NCBI RefSeq assembly: GCF_036321535.1
Contig: NC_087437.1
Coordinates: 55,926,001-55,990,000, forward strand
DNA: 64,000 nucleotides
Source: Camelus dromedarius
Lineage: Eukaryota
Direction: 5' to 3'
Each line of letters opens with the position of its first letter. The first letter of the stretch is position 1. The position numbers and the translations under genes are program-made. Below, piece after piece: positions 48,001 through 56,780 of this stretch. Under the pieces are notes generated by a model. The model ran no database searches. It saw nothing but the letters and a program-made list of their open reading frames with translations, and had not been told where the DNA came from.

Positions 48001-49296
48001 GATGGCATATAATATTTCTATAATCAGGAAGTCAAGGGAAAAAATAAACTTTACCTGCAATGGCTTCATAGAGACCGGCTTTATACCCTAAGAACTCATA
48101 CTCCTCAAATCTCTGCGGCCCCTCACACAGGGCTCTGCACTCCATATCTTCGTTGAAATATTCTCTTAAAGCTTGTTCAAAGTACTTGATAGCTAGTTCA
48201 AAGTCATCAGCCTCATAGTGTTTTACTCCTGCACTGTAACTCTCCTGTGAAGAAACAGAAAAGACTTTTTTTTTCAAAGAGCACCTAAGGGGCATTTGAA
48301 TGGATTCAGGCAGACTCTGGGTCACTTAGGTAGGTGGGGGATAGGACTCTTGTGCAGTGGATGATAAAGAAAGGTTGCTCTGGGAGGTAAAGGGTAACTT
48401 CCCTGGCATCAACTCCTCAGAAATGAGGAGGGACTGACTGAGCAAGCCGACTGCTGTCACATCAATCCATTCCATTTTCTTCCTGAGCTCACTCAAGACT
48501 GTATTTTGTAACCTCTTTTGAATATAGGTAAGGCCATGCAACAAAGTGATGTGGGTGGATCTTTTTTTTTTTTTTTAAATGAAAAGAAAAAAAAAAAAAA
48601 GACCTATCTAAAATCATCCTCTTACCTTTGTCTTCCATCATCTGGGAGGCCACATGCTGAGAATGGTGATGTCTCCAATTGAAAAAGAAGCCCTTTCCAC
48701 ATATTGTGATTTCAAGTAAGATTTCATTTAAAGACACACTTACGTAGCTTAAGAAAAAGTAATCAGAATTTGGAAAGTACTGGAAAAACCAGAACTGGGA
48801 CTGGGAACTGGGAAACCACAATGTTTCCCAGCTCCCAGGAAATTCACATGGGCTTTTTCTCCAGTGGCAAAATTTTTTAAAAAGTGCTAGAGGGGGTGCT
48901 GAGGCTCAGAGAGGGTTACAGATGTTCACATCACATCCTACTTTTCACCATATTATACTGATTTTCTAAGTTAATTTTTATTTTCTCTCAATGTTTTCAA
49001 CCCTGAATTATGGTATTTCGTCTGGGAATTCCGAAAGTATAAAACTGGTACAGAATCAGAAACTGGGAATCAGTCTGAGCTATCCATTCATAGGAACCTG
49101 CTTTGAGTCCAGTGAGAGTCAGGGCAGGGTGCCCAGAGCTCACCAGGTGTGGTTTGGCTTCCCGATCTACCAGCTGGAGGGCTTCAACGCCGGCCATGGT
49201 TCTGTAATTCTCGATATTCTGCTGCATTTCCATGTGCTCGGGGTTGGCCATGAAAAAGGTGTGGGCTGCTTCCACTGCCTTATCCAGCTGGTTAAG
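17654..49296 (-). CDS. P3H2: Prolyl 3-hydroxylase 2 (LEPREL1), spliced CDS of exons 2-15 (5'-partial; exon 1 outside window)
   Basis: 14 GT-AG exons of 153,190,132,143,90,41,95,128,96,151,118,76,141,93 nt sum to 1647 nt (548 aa + stop) with compatible phases. Peptides match recalled P3H2: CXXXC motifs, HAD...NPHG...QRC dioxygenase motif, C-terminal NINPKDEL. Confidence 0.98.
17900..19200. mobile_element. L2 remnants, interrupted by MER20
   Basis: Pyrimidine-rich L2-like text in intron 14; boundaries approximate. Confidence 0.55.
18254..18450. mobile_element. MER20 (hAT) DNA transposon
   Basis: CAGTGTTTCTCAGCCTTGGCACT...GTGACAATCAAAAGCGTCTC...GGAAAATCGCTCCTGCTTGAG follows the recalled MER20 consensus. 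Confidence 0.8.
19205..20050 (-). mobile_element. L1 3' end including ORF2 C-terminal remnant
   Basis: T tail, TTGAAGTATAGTTGATTTAC terminus; ORF2-like peptide [18 protein letters not shown]. Confidence 0.92.
20963..21100. mobile_element. MER5-like (hAT-Charlie) fragment
   Basis: CTCTCAAATTTTG...CAGAATC...CCCCAGGCGATTCCAATG...TGGGAATCCCAG. Confidence 0.55.
21149..21167 (+). promoter_or_regulatory. CTCF binding motif (intron 14)
   Basis: TGACCACTAGATGGCGCCA, near-perfect match to the CTCF core consensus. Confidence 0.7.
21800..22142 (+). mobile_element. L1 3' end
   Basis: ACTTATTTACAAAACAGAAACAGAC...CAGGGAACTATATTCAATATCTTG...TATACTTCAA plus (AAAAG)n tail. Confidence 0.88.
23261..23401 (-). 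CDS. P3H2: P3H2 exon 14 ([47 protein letters not shown]), distal His and 2OG-binding Arg
   Basis: ttctcag|GCC acceptor; CTG|gtgagt donor; 141 nt, phase 0-0. Not in the ORF track; read manually. Confidence 0.96.
23497..23647 (-). mobile_element. tRNA-derived SINE (camelid Vic-like)
   Basis: A-box/B-box body (GGTTCGATCCCC), A-rich tail; TSD TGGGTCAA(A/G)TTTT at 23484-23496 and 23648-23660. Confidence 0.85.
24545..25263 (-). mobile_element. L1 fragment (ORF2 end plus partial 3' UTR)
   Basis: ORF2-like peptides [14 protein letters not shown]...[23 protein letters not shown]; lacks the terminal ~140 nt seen in other copies. Confidence 0.92.
25511..25538. repeat. (GT)14 microsatellite
   Basis: Direct reading. 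Confidence 0.97.
26798..26982 (+). mobile_element. L1 3' UTR fragment
   Basis: ACAAAACAGAAACAGACTCACAGACATAG...G-tract...CAGGGAACTATATTCAATACCTTGT; homologous to 21800-21985. Confidence 0.85.
27225..27256 (+). promoter_or_regulatory. CTCF motif with upstream (ZF9-11) module (intron 13)
   Basis: GCAGTTCC-aaata-TGGCCACTAGATGGAGTGG: core with one deviation (GGA for GGC) plus a suitably spaced upstream module. Confidence 0.55.
28080..28294. repeat. Interrupted (GT)n, then (AT)n, then an AT-rich minisatellite (ATAATAACTTAGTTA x4)
   Basis: Direct reading. Confidence 0.9.
28693..28768 (-). CDS. P3H2: P3H2 exon 13 ([26 protein letters not shown])
   Basis: ctcacag|T acceptor; ACT|gtgagc donor; 76 nt, phase 2-0. 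Confidence 0.96.
29752..29869 (-). CDS. P3H2: P3H2 exon 12 ([39 protein letters not shown]), carries the HxD iron ligands
   Basis: ctggcag|GT acceptor; TAG|gtacag donor; 118 nt, phase 1-2. Confidence 0.96.
30630..30755 (-). mobile_element. tRNA-derived SINE (camelid Vic-like)
   Basis: Reverse complement reads ...TAGCTCAGTAGCAGAGTGCATGCTTAGCATGCACGAGGTCCTG...; 20-bp TSD with 2 mismatches at 30610-30629 and 30756-30775. Confidence 0.9.
30867..31017 (-). CDS. P3H2: P3H2 exon 11 ([50 protein letters not shown])
   Basis: tctgcag|TTC acceptor; CTG|gtgaga donor; 151 nt, phase 0-1. Confidence 0.96.
31575..31670 (-). CDS. P3H2: P3H2 exon 10 ([32 protein letters not shown])
   Basis: cttccag|AAC acceptor; AAA|gtaaag donor; 96 nt, phase 0-0. 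Confidence 0.96.
32236..32363 (-). CDS. P3H2: P3H2 exon 9 ([43 protein letters not shown])
   Basis: ccttcag|GT acceptor; AGT|gtgagg donor; 128 nt, phase 1-0; N-glycosylation sequons NIT and NGT. Confidence 0.96.
33009..33042. repeat. (AT)17 microsatellite
   Basis: Direct reading. Confidence 0.97.
34360..34510. mobile_element. MER103-like DNA transposon fragment
   Basis: CAATGTTCCTCAAACTTTG...GATCAAATGTGTTTGGGAAGTACTAGG. Confidence 0.45.
34609..35130 (+). mobile_element. MLT1 (E/F-like) ERVL-MaLR solo LTR
   Basis: CTTGCTTCTAACCAATAG, CACATGGCAAGGAACTGA, GACCCACAGAAACTGTGAGATAGTAAATGTGTGTT motifs. Confidence 0.8.
35703..35855 (+). mobile_element. tRNA-derived SINE (camelid Vic-like, long-tail form)
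   Basis: TAGCGCAGTGGTAGAG...GGTTCAATCCCC, tail containing AATTACCTCCCC, poly-A; perfect 15-bp TSD AAAGATCAGGTGAAG at 35688-35702 and 35856-35870. Confidence 0.92.
38567..38661 (-). CDS. P3H2: P3H2 exon 8 ([31 protein letters not shown])
   Basis: tgtgcag|G acceptor; AGG|gtaagt donor; 95 nt, phase 2-1. Confidence 0.95.
39420..39639 (-). mobile_element. Short L1 3' end
   Basis: TTGAAGTATAGTC terminus; imperfect TSD TGTAGTTGATTTTT (39406) / TGTAATTGACTTTT (39640). Confidence 0.85.
40098..40138 (-). CDS. P3H2: P3H2 exon 7 ([14 protein letters not shown]), 41-nt small exon
   Basis: caaacag|AAT acceptor; TCG|gtaagt donor; phase 0-2. Confidence 0.94.
40640..41480 (+). mobile_element. Ancient L1M(E)-type fragment
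   Basis: Degenerate AT-rich ORF2-end motifs (AATTCCACTCCTGGGAATGTATTCTA); boundaries approximate. Confidence 0.6.
41594..41738 (-). mobile_element. Short L1 3' end
   Basis: Homologous to 39420-39600; TSD ATA(T/C)TTGCTTTT at 41582 and 41739. Confidence 0.85.
41961..42050 (-). CDS. P3H2: P3H2 exon 6 ([30 protein letters not shown])
   Basis: tctgtag|GAT acceptor; CCG|gtaaga donor; 90 nt, phase 0-0. Not in the ORF track; read manually. Confidence 0.95.
42352..42494 (-). CDS. P3H2: P3H2 exon 5 ([48 protein letters not shown])
   Basis: ttttcag|TG acceptor; GAG|gtgaga donor; 143 nt, phase 1-0. Confidence 0.96.
43319..43399. mobile_element. MADE2 mariner-derived MITE
   Basis: About 80 bp; TTAGATTGAACCATATAAAA...ATTTCATAGGTCCAACCTACTA imperfect terminal inverted repeats. 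Confidence 0.8.
43474..43504. repeat. (TG)n microsatellite, interrupted
   Basis: Direct reading. Confidence 0.92.
43905..44036 (-). CDS. P3H2: P3H2 exon 4 ([44 protein letters not shown])
   Basis: cttccag|AT acceptor; GAG|gtaaag donor; 132 nt, phase 1-1. Confidence 0.96.
46551..46630 (+). mobile_element. Internal L1 ORF2 fragment without tail
   Basis: TTCACAGTAGCCAAGATATGGAAGCACCTTAAGTGTCCATC...GGATAAAGAAGATCTGGTG; homologous to the reverse complement of about 24890-24965. Confidence 0.75.
47280..47443 (-). mobile_element. tRNA-derived SINE (camelid Vic-like, long-tail form)
   Basis: Reverse-complement B-box GGTTCAATCCCC; 13-bp TSD ACCTACTATTTTA at 47267-47279 and 47444-47456. Confidence 0.88.
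47510..48030 (+). mobile_element. Ancient L1M 3' fragment
   Basis: Degenerate L1ME/MC-like 3' region; boundaries approximate. Confidence 0.5.
48055..48244 (-). CDS. P3H2: P3H2 exon 3 ([14 protein letters not shown]...ECRALC...LYEAIA)
   Basis: ttcacag|GAG acceptor; CAG|gtaaag donor; 190 nt, phase 0-1. Confidence 0.96.
49144..49296 (-). CDS. P3H2: P3H2 exon 2 ([51 protein letters not shown])
   Basis: Poly-T tract + tttatag acceptor; CTG|gtgagc donor; 153 nt, phase 0-0. Confidence 0.96.
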
Positions 49297-52200
49297 CTAT
49301 AAAGATTAAAAAAAAAAAAAAAAAAAGACCAAATGAAGGCAAATATTTCTAAACCAGGTTCAGTACCAGTCCAAGGTCTCACAGACTGGAAGTGTCAGGG
49401 CTGGGTTCAAGTTCACATTCACTATACTCAGCCTCCACGCTAAAGGACAGGAGGTTAATAGACAGTTCCTAAAATGACACGTAAATATTACGGCTTTGGT
49501 GAAAATGGATACATGTGCTTTGTTCCAAGTTCCTTCTCTTCCCCCTCTTTTCTAAGCCATCTGTGTTTTCTGGGAAATTGAACCTACATGCTTCTGTTTG
49601 TTTTATGATTAAGGAAAAAGCTGCCGAGGCTGTGCCACCTCTAATTCACATTTTCAACATTTTTGTCTTTTATTTTCTCTTTTCTTTTTGTTCTTTTTGC
49701 CTTTAATCCTGACAATAGAAGTATAAACAAATTATGACTTTCCAAAAGATGAGACTGGGGATGCTGGATATACCTACCTCCCACTCCAAATTTGTTGTCA
49801 GAATATAAAGAACACAAAGTTAAAATGAATGAATTATTCCAATCCGTAAGAGATACTAAATGCAGAGCACAAAATGCTCTACCACATTCCTTTGACTGAG
49901 GTACTGATTCCAAACTTACAAGTTGTAGTCTCATTAATACAAAAGGAAGAGTTTTAATAACCTGCATAGACACCATAAATCTCCTCTTAAACCACTTAAT
50001 ATGCCGCTCTCCATGTAATGTGCGACGATGCATTTTTACTCAGTTTAAGACATTTTGTCCTATGCTTTAGTCATGGAGAATGTCTACAGACTGAGCCTTT
50101 TGCCCCATTTCCGAAAAGTGAATATTCACAGTAATATTAGTCATTTTCATGGTGAAATCCAAATTATGTTTGGTCTATTTTGAAGTATGAAGAGTGAAAC
50201 TCATTGTTATTGAGCAAGTAAATATAAAATCATAGAAGGCATATAGGATTCAACTGAATCAGCTTTTGATAGTCTGGCCACTCAAATATTAGTAAGAAAA
50301 AGAAAAAAGTAGGTTTCTAAGCCCCCAGTCACTGCCATCTCATGAAACATAAAGAATCTTATCTCTCACCATAGAAAACACAAACTGCCTTATTTTAAGA
50401 TCTCATATCCTTAACTAATAATGGTAAAACCTTTTTTTTTCTTTTTAATTTGCATAAGCTTAGCTACTGGCATTTTCTTCCATTAAATCTTGCCTGAAAT
50501 CAGCTTTTCCTTTCACTTTTACCTTTGTTCTCAGTTCTGTGGTCCCAGAATTATTTTGGCTGTCAAAATCACTAATTTTGGACCTGGTTTCTTTCTTAAT
50601 TTAAATTCCTCAATTTCTCATACACCAACATAGATAAATATGAATTGTATGGACATCTACGTAGTGCCAAGTATATAGATATAGAGGAAAAAGAACATGT
50701 TCTAAATTGGGCATATGTCTACATTTATTGATCAGGTGACCCTGGAAAAAGTCATTTAAACATTTGTGTCTCAGTTCTCCTAAAGTTCTCCTTTAATGCT
50801 CATGAAACCCCAATACCACCACTTATTACACAAGATTTTGGAAGGATTTAATTGTGTAACATAAAAATGTGCTTCAGAAATCACTAATCCCCCCCAAAAA
50901 ACTGACAAAATGCAATTTATATATGATCTATCTATTTCAGAGATGCAAATATACTCTTCTTAATGATGGGCATGTATAGTCTACAATTCTCATTGACATA
51001 TTCATGGAGATGTAGTAAGACACTTGCATTTGGTGGAAACTACCTCCAGTTGAGTCAAATTATAAATCATGATCAAAACAGGTTAGCAGTGACACAGTCT
51101 AGCTTTATAACATCAGCCATTGACGTTGAAGGAGCATAGATACATTTTTATACATTTTTCAATTTCCTACCTTCATGTTTTGCTCAGGCTGTTCCACTGA
51201 CCTAGAGATCCTCTGTCTTTTCTTACTGAAATCTAACATATCCTCTAAGGCCAACCTTAAATCCTGCTTTCTCTAAGAGATTCTTTCTCCTCCCCTTAGC
51301 TTTTGGCAAGCACTGCAAAATCACCATATCCACTACTGGTACTTATCATACTCTGCTGAACACGGCATCTACCCGAGTATATTTGTCTCTCCTGGTCGAG
51401 CTCTCTGAGGATAGGGACCACATGACATTTATTTTTGTTGTTGTTTTCCATCTACTTTACGTATAGATGATGCCTATGATATGTCTAAGAGAAAAAAGCT
51501 TTAAGTAAATACTTACAAATCAGAAAGTGAATTACATGTGAGTGTACTTCATAAGCTATAATGGACTGAAGGGACGTAGGTTGAAATAACAACATCTCTG
51601 AAGTCATCATTCACACTGAGAGCTTCCAGTACTGATCATCACTGATGAATGTGCTTCAGTAGCTCTTGGAAATTGTCAGCCAATGTTGATGAATTGGTTC
51701 CTTCTCTTAAAATTGACCATTTTTATTGGTATTAAACATAGTACTATCTTCCCCAATACAAATATAAAGAACACTCTATGACTTAAGGTTGAATCATAAA
51801 ACTTGTTCATGTACTGGCTTTTAAATTATTGTGAGCCAGTTCAGGAAATTAGAATTGGCAGTCAGAGACTATAAAACCGGCCATTATTTTAACTGGAAGT
51901 TTGATATCTTTGCACTCCATTTTTGAAATTAGATACATCCATCTGAAGTGGTAGGAAAAGTCCAGGTGAACATGTGTATGCTATGCGCAACACTGTGTTA
52001 TTGGATGGAGATTATTACAAGGTCTTATATGTACTAAGTTTCAGCTAAGGAAGGATCTACCCACTACTCTATTGAAACAAACAAGAAGCTAACTGCATGC
52101 ATGTAAAGGCTTCAAACTGGACTTCCTTTAAGACTAAAATAAAATATACCACAGGAGAGGATAACCCTAATGTGAGGGTAACTCTATGCATTAGAAAATT

Positions 52201-52789
52201 AAATTGTAAAATACAGTACAACTGAGAAAGGGGAATGATTCAACAAGGTGGTATCATACTTTTAGGGGAGCCCGCTGCGCCGCTGAGACATGAGAAATAC
52301 TGGTAAGAAATGCCTTCAGGAAGCTCTGGGCCATTTCATCTCAAGCTGTGAAGAACTAAGGCAAACATTTTTTCCTGCCAGCCATGCTGCACAGGAAAAG
52401 AAACCAAGACTGATTAAATCAACACCCTGCAGACATTTGGAAGTTACTCTGTCCACCGGTGAGTGAATGAAACTTTTAGGACACACAGATGGTTTTCTGT
52501 AATTAATAATAAAAGGAGCATCTCAGAAGTACATATTAACTGCTTAAAAGTGAAGGTTTAAAGAATGGCTCTCCATTGACCACAAAAGAGATTCCAGAAA
52601 CTATGCACCATGACAACTCAAGAAATTGCAGGATTTCACCCCCTCCCTATCTTTCTAGCATAACTTCCTCTGATTTACCACTATACAAACCTTCCCTAGA
52701 AAAGTTCTAGAAAAACTTCAAGACATTTTGTAATTTACCATTCCTCTTTTCAACACACATAGGCCCAGAACTCCAGCCATACTCAGATT

Positions 52790-53430
52790 CTTTATTTCAC
52801 TCATCCACTTATTCAGCAAATATTTATTTTGCACTAAATCTCTGCCAGGGACTGAGATAGCGGATGAGAATACCTCCATGGCCAAAACAGACAAAGACCC
52901 TGCTTCCCAGATGCTTACCACCTCATCCAAGGGGACAAGGCTCAGGTAAATAAATCTCAATGAACATAAGTTTAGATTGCACTAAGTGCTATGAAGAATT
53001 AAGTGAACAAACAGCACGATAAGAGTTGGCTGGGCTGAGGGAGAGCAGCACTCCTTTAGATAAATTAGTCAAGGAATGTCTCTGCTATGGGAATTTTGAG
53101 CTGAGACTTAAGTGTTGAGAAGCCGGTCATGGGCAGAACAGGAGGAAGAGTGTTCCGGGCAAAAGAAAGTCAAGTGAAAGGGCTCTGAAATGGAAAAAAT
53201 CTTGACATGTTTTCAAAGCAGAGTAGAGACTAAGAAGAGAGATTTGAGAAGTTAGAGGACAAATCACTTACAGGCTACAGTAAAGAGTTTGAATGTTATT
53301 CTAAGTGCAAGAGGAAACCATCAAAGAATTTTAAACAATACTTAATCCATATTTTCAAATGAGAATTCAGACTGCTATGTGGAAAACAGACCTTTGGTAG
53401 CAAGCAGGAGAACACTATAGTAATTCAAGT
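52790..53430. mobile_element. L2 3' fragment
   Basis: TTCACTCATCCACTTATTCAGCAAATATTTATT L2 tail followed by typical body. Confidence 0.7.
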
Positions 53431-53468
53431 CAGAGAGAATGCGTTTCATCGCAAAGTAAAAACAGCAC

Positions 53469-53614
53469 ATTGTGAATAGTCCTGCTCTGAACATTGGGGC
53501 GCAAGTATATTTTTGAGTTAAAGTTCCCTCTGGATATATGCCCAGGAGTGGGATTGCTGGGTCAAAAATTGACACAACATTGTAAACTGACTATACTTCA
53601 GTAATAAAAAAAAA
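53469..53614. mobile_element. 5'-inverted (twin-primed) L1
   Basis: 53469-53563 is an antisense ORF2-end piece; 53564-53614 is the sense 3' terminus with AATAAA and poly-A. Confidence 0.8.
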
Positions 53615-56600
53615 TAGGACAGCATAGGTCTGCCCTTTTCTTCTTCCCCCCTCTCTTCCATTCCTTTCTCTTCCTTTCCACTTTGCCTATCCTGGCCATA
53701 GCAATGTTTCTCAATTCAGATGATGGACGCATAGTACAAAAGGAAATAATTCTAAAATTTCCAAACTTATTTTAGGGAAGATATACAAGTTCCCTCTCTT
53801 CTGAATTAGCAGAAATATGAAGCTCAAGTATTTTGAATATGAGCTTAGAACAGCTCATTAAGACATGCGCAAGAAAGAAAAGGGGCTAATTCTAAAGCAC
53901 ATTAAAACATGTGAAGAACACTGCGTACTTTTGAAATAGAATATTTAAGATTACGTTCTATCTTCTGAAGCCTTTTTCTACAATCAGGATAAATCATCAA
54001 TACTGAAATAAGTAATTTCCATTCTGGTCCTCCAACAGCATTTTCAATAAAGAAGGGGATTCGTTCTCTGCTTTCACCACCCTAACTTGGGGAATTCATC
54101 CAATAACCCACATTACATTTTGATGCAGTATTTTTGCCTTGGCGCTTTACTTCAATTTCACAATATAGCAACTTCAGAGAATTCTTAACCCCATAGGAGG
54201 TATTTCTTACCAACTGCCAAACATGTAAATAGACACCTTGTTTCTAAGCCCCAGCAGAATGTTTAAGTTCTAGTCAGCAGTACAGTCCCACTAGCTGGGC
54301 AGAAGGGAAGTCACCGGATTAGAGCACCTATATCATACGAAACACTAAAATTCCATGGGCTAAAAACCTTAGTCTTCCTTTTATGAAGCAGGAAGCCTTT
54401 TTTTTTTTTTTTTGAAATAATGGTGACACCTGACATTTTTGTAATTATTTCAGCCCTTGCTCATGTCTCCAAACTGACCTCAAACTTTTGCCAACCCAAA
54501 GTTAATTTTCCTCCACAGAACCAAATAAGTAAATAAACAAATCAACTTTAAATAACTGAACAATATATTAAAAGAATACTGTTCAAATAAAGACCCATCA
54601 AATTTTGAAGCGAAATTTGCGGTTTGTTTGAACTACTCAATTAAACTAAATCCTACAAATTACCGGGCTCCAAATGTAAAGACCAGATTTCTTAATGAGA
54701 ATTCAATCTTAGGAAATTCCTAAACGATTCCATACAGTAGAGTCAGATTTTTAGAGCCAAAAAATAGCTATATAAAAAATAACTTTTCATTCTTATTCCA
54801 CAATTTCTGGTGTATTACAGTCCTTTACCTTGTTAAAAAAAAAAAAAAGCCCCATATATTGAATTGTTTTCATAATTCAGTTACAGTAAATAGTTATTTG
54901 ATTTTCCTGACTACTTTTTAAATTAATTTTAGCAGACATTGAGGGCTACATGAAATAGTGTGTTGCCCTTTTTGTCTTACTTACTAGGAAACTGAGAACT
55001 AAATTTTATTCTCATTTACAGTAACTGAATTATGATAGGTTTCTAGTATATCAAACTGAAGCTAGTATATTTCTGTTTTTTCTTTGGGTTTTTGTTTTTG
55101 TTTCTGTTCCAAAATTTTAATTATACAAATAATTGCTTTAGCAAGGTAACTCAGAGTCTTTTCGGACACAGAAAAGGTGCAAATTATTCAAAAGATAACC
55201 CCTCTCTCCTTAGTAAAGGAAATTTCTGGTAATTAAATTTTTTACTACATGTCAATTTAGTCATTTTTAGCTTTAAAGAACGCAAGGTAATTCACAAGTT
55301 AGGTGTACATGTTAGTGTAGAAAATGAATTGATCTTTGCATTTATGGAATGTGAGACTAAAATGTAGTCATGGTTATAAGTAAATATTTACAGCTTTCAA
55401 AATGTTGTTTGGTAAGGATTAGACGAGAAATGACATATTTAAAGAGTAACTTTCCTCTGTGGAGTAAGTTGGAAAGGAAGAACTCGTCTTTTTAAAGCAC
55501 TTACTTTTGCCAAACTGCTTATACCCTTTTTTTCAATTACTTATTGTCCTGAGCCTGATTAATGGACTCTTGTTTTTTCTAAACACTCTACTGAAGTTTT
55601 AATCTGATGTTTACAGCTGAATGTTGAACACTGACGGTGAACAGTCACTGTCAAATGAGGTTACCCATATGAGCTCAGTGGAACAACAGAGTCTATCAGT
55701 TAAGTCTGCTAGAAAATTTCTTACCTAAATAAAAACCATCTTTCAGGGTAAGGAAAACACTAAAGCAAAGAAGAAAAGCTTCTAATCATGCTATTTCAGA
55801 TTAGAGACTATTTAAAACAGAAAGTTCTTGAGTTTTTGAAAAAAAAAAAAAACATACACACACACAGAACTGAAAGTATTAGCCAAAAAATATGCGCGTG
55901 CTTATTAATTGGACAAAACCCCTCAAGCTGTCTGTGTATTGTCTAACTTCCTAAGAAGAGATAGCCAAGACTTGGATGCCTGCTGGGAAAGGAGAGTGTC
56001 CTATCTCTGTGATGGGATGCGGGCAAGTCATATCTGCCACGGATCAAATGAAATTACTGTGTGGTTTATTGGTAGCTTACTGTTATTTTTGCTTTTAAAC
56101 TTTAGGACAGGGTAAGACTGAACGACTGGGAAGTCCTCGTAACACTCTGTGCTGTGGTCCAGAATTCTCCCTCGAGGTGTCAGAGGGTGACTAATCGTTA
56201 CCGAAAAGACAGTCTGGGCCAAGGCATCTCTGACCTTTCCTTCCTGCTACTGTTTTTGGAAACATAGCAATAATCCTCTTTAAAAATTTCTTGGGAAGGT
56301 GGCTGTCACTCATTTCATACCCCCGTTTTGCCAGCGTTTCTTGACTATTGCAGTAGTCATCACTTTAACTTGTAAAGAATCTTGTTTGTTTCTGTGGGGA
56401 AAAAAAATAGAAACCCAATGTCCCTCTTTGTGAGCTCAGAATCTTTCTTTCTTTGTGACCTCTATATCACACAATTTTATTCATGAGCTTCTTAAGAAGA
56501 ATTTGCCAATACTTTGCAAAGCACTTTAAAATACTCATAAAAATTAAAATAAGAAAGACGGTCATTTATTAAGTATATACTCAATTCTTATTGTGAAATT

Positions 56601-56686
56601 CTTCAAAAAGCTGGAAGATGAACCTCTCCCTCACCTCGGGCCCAACAGAAAAGTAGTTGATCATAATTTACAAGAGCACATTGTAA

Positions 56687-56780
56687 GGGGGTGGGAATGG
56701 CTCAGTGACAGATCGCATGCTTAGCATGCACGAGGTCCTGGGTTCAATCCCCAGTACCTCCATTAAATAAAAACAAACAA
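56687..56780 (+). mobile_element. tRNA-derived SINE (camelid Vic-like, short form)
   Basis: GCTCAGTG...GCATGCTTAGCATGCACGAGGTCCTGGGTTCAATCCCCAGTACCTCC plus A tail; 17-bp TSD with 2 mismatches at 56670-56686 and 56781-56797. Confidence 0.9.

Noticed and set aside
48241..48247. NAGNAG tandem acceptors at exons 3 and 15 (CAG GAG)
   Set aside because: A distal GAG is rarely used as an acceptor, and there is no other support.
56687..56762. tRNA-Ala-like sequences as real tRNA genes
   Set aside because: They have A-rich tails, TSDs and disrupted stems, so they are SINE copies.
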